A stretch of DNA of 54,851 nucleotides from Rubritepida sp. (GTDB taxonomy: Bacteria > Pseudomonadota > Alphaproteobacteria > Acetobacterales > Acetobacteraceae), in assembly GCA_007129145.1 (NCBI GenBank), contig SKWC01000131.1, positions 1 through 54,851 on the forward strand, given 5' to 3'. Shown one piece after another: positions 54,842 to 54,851 of this stretch (position 1 is the stretch's first letter; every line of letters starts with the position of its first letter). Under the pieces are notes generated by a model, which did not search any database, was not told the origin of the DNA, and saw nothing but the letters and a program-made list of their open reading frames with translations. The translations under genes were made by a program, and so were the position numbers.

Positions 54842-54851
54842 CCACGTGAAC

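Larger units (their letters stand above)
1..54851. mobile_element. Tailed dsDNA bacteriophage genome (podovirus-like), probably complete or near-complete
   Basis: TerL, portal, capsid, adaptor/nozzle, ejection proteins, lysis and replication modules are all present. No block of host housekeeping genes. Small + strand early genes occur at both ends of the window. Confidence 0.93.

Noticed and set aside
54838-54851. Proof of circularity from an ORF spanning the window ends
   Set aside because: A frame stays open across the junction but has no in-frame start before position 6, and no terminal repeat is visible, so circularity is plausible but not demonstrated.

Overview
The window looks like a complete or near-complete (probably circularly permuted) high-GC dsDNA tailed phage genome of about 55 kb with a podovirus-type virion. 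The + strand arm (51.2 kb to the end, then 1-13 kb) holds small early genes and DNA metabolism: HNH, two acidic-tailed SSB/recombination-like proteins, a DnaQ-like exonuclease, an ArgR-family protein, an HTH replication initiator with internal iterons, a primase-helicase and RuvC. A holin-like block is inserted on the opposite strand at 3.2-4.3 kb. The - strand arm (13-50.9 kb) holds an RHH regulator, GroES, a putative TerS, two candidate injected cargo proteins (ART-like and ParB-like), TerL, a glucosaminidase endolysin, a holin, portal, scaffold, major capsid, two paralogous adaptors, nozzle, collagen fibres, ejection proteins (one with a lytic transglycosylase domain) and tail proteins. I saw no integrase, DNA polymerase, tRNA, CRISPR array or reverse transcriptase. 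The main unexplained signals are: (1) a 16-bp palindrome TTCRAG-N4-CTYGAA present in at least 14 perfect copies spread over the genome, mostly inside ORFs in different reading frames, alongside a phage ArgR whose recognition helix and arginine pocket are both altered; (2) a roughly 650-nt, densely base-paired non-coding region with its own promoter and terminator (51775-52435); (3) a shared N-terminal IQRFL-type motif in candidate injected proteins. All calls come from motif recognition by eye; no database searches were run and the host cannot be established from the sequence.
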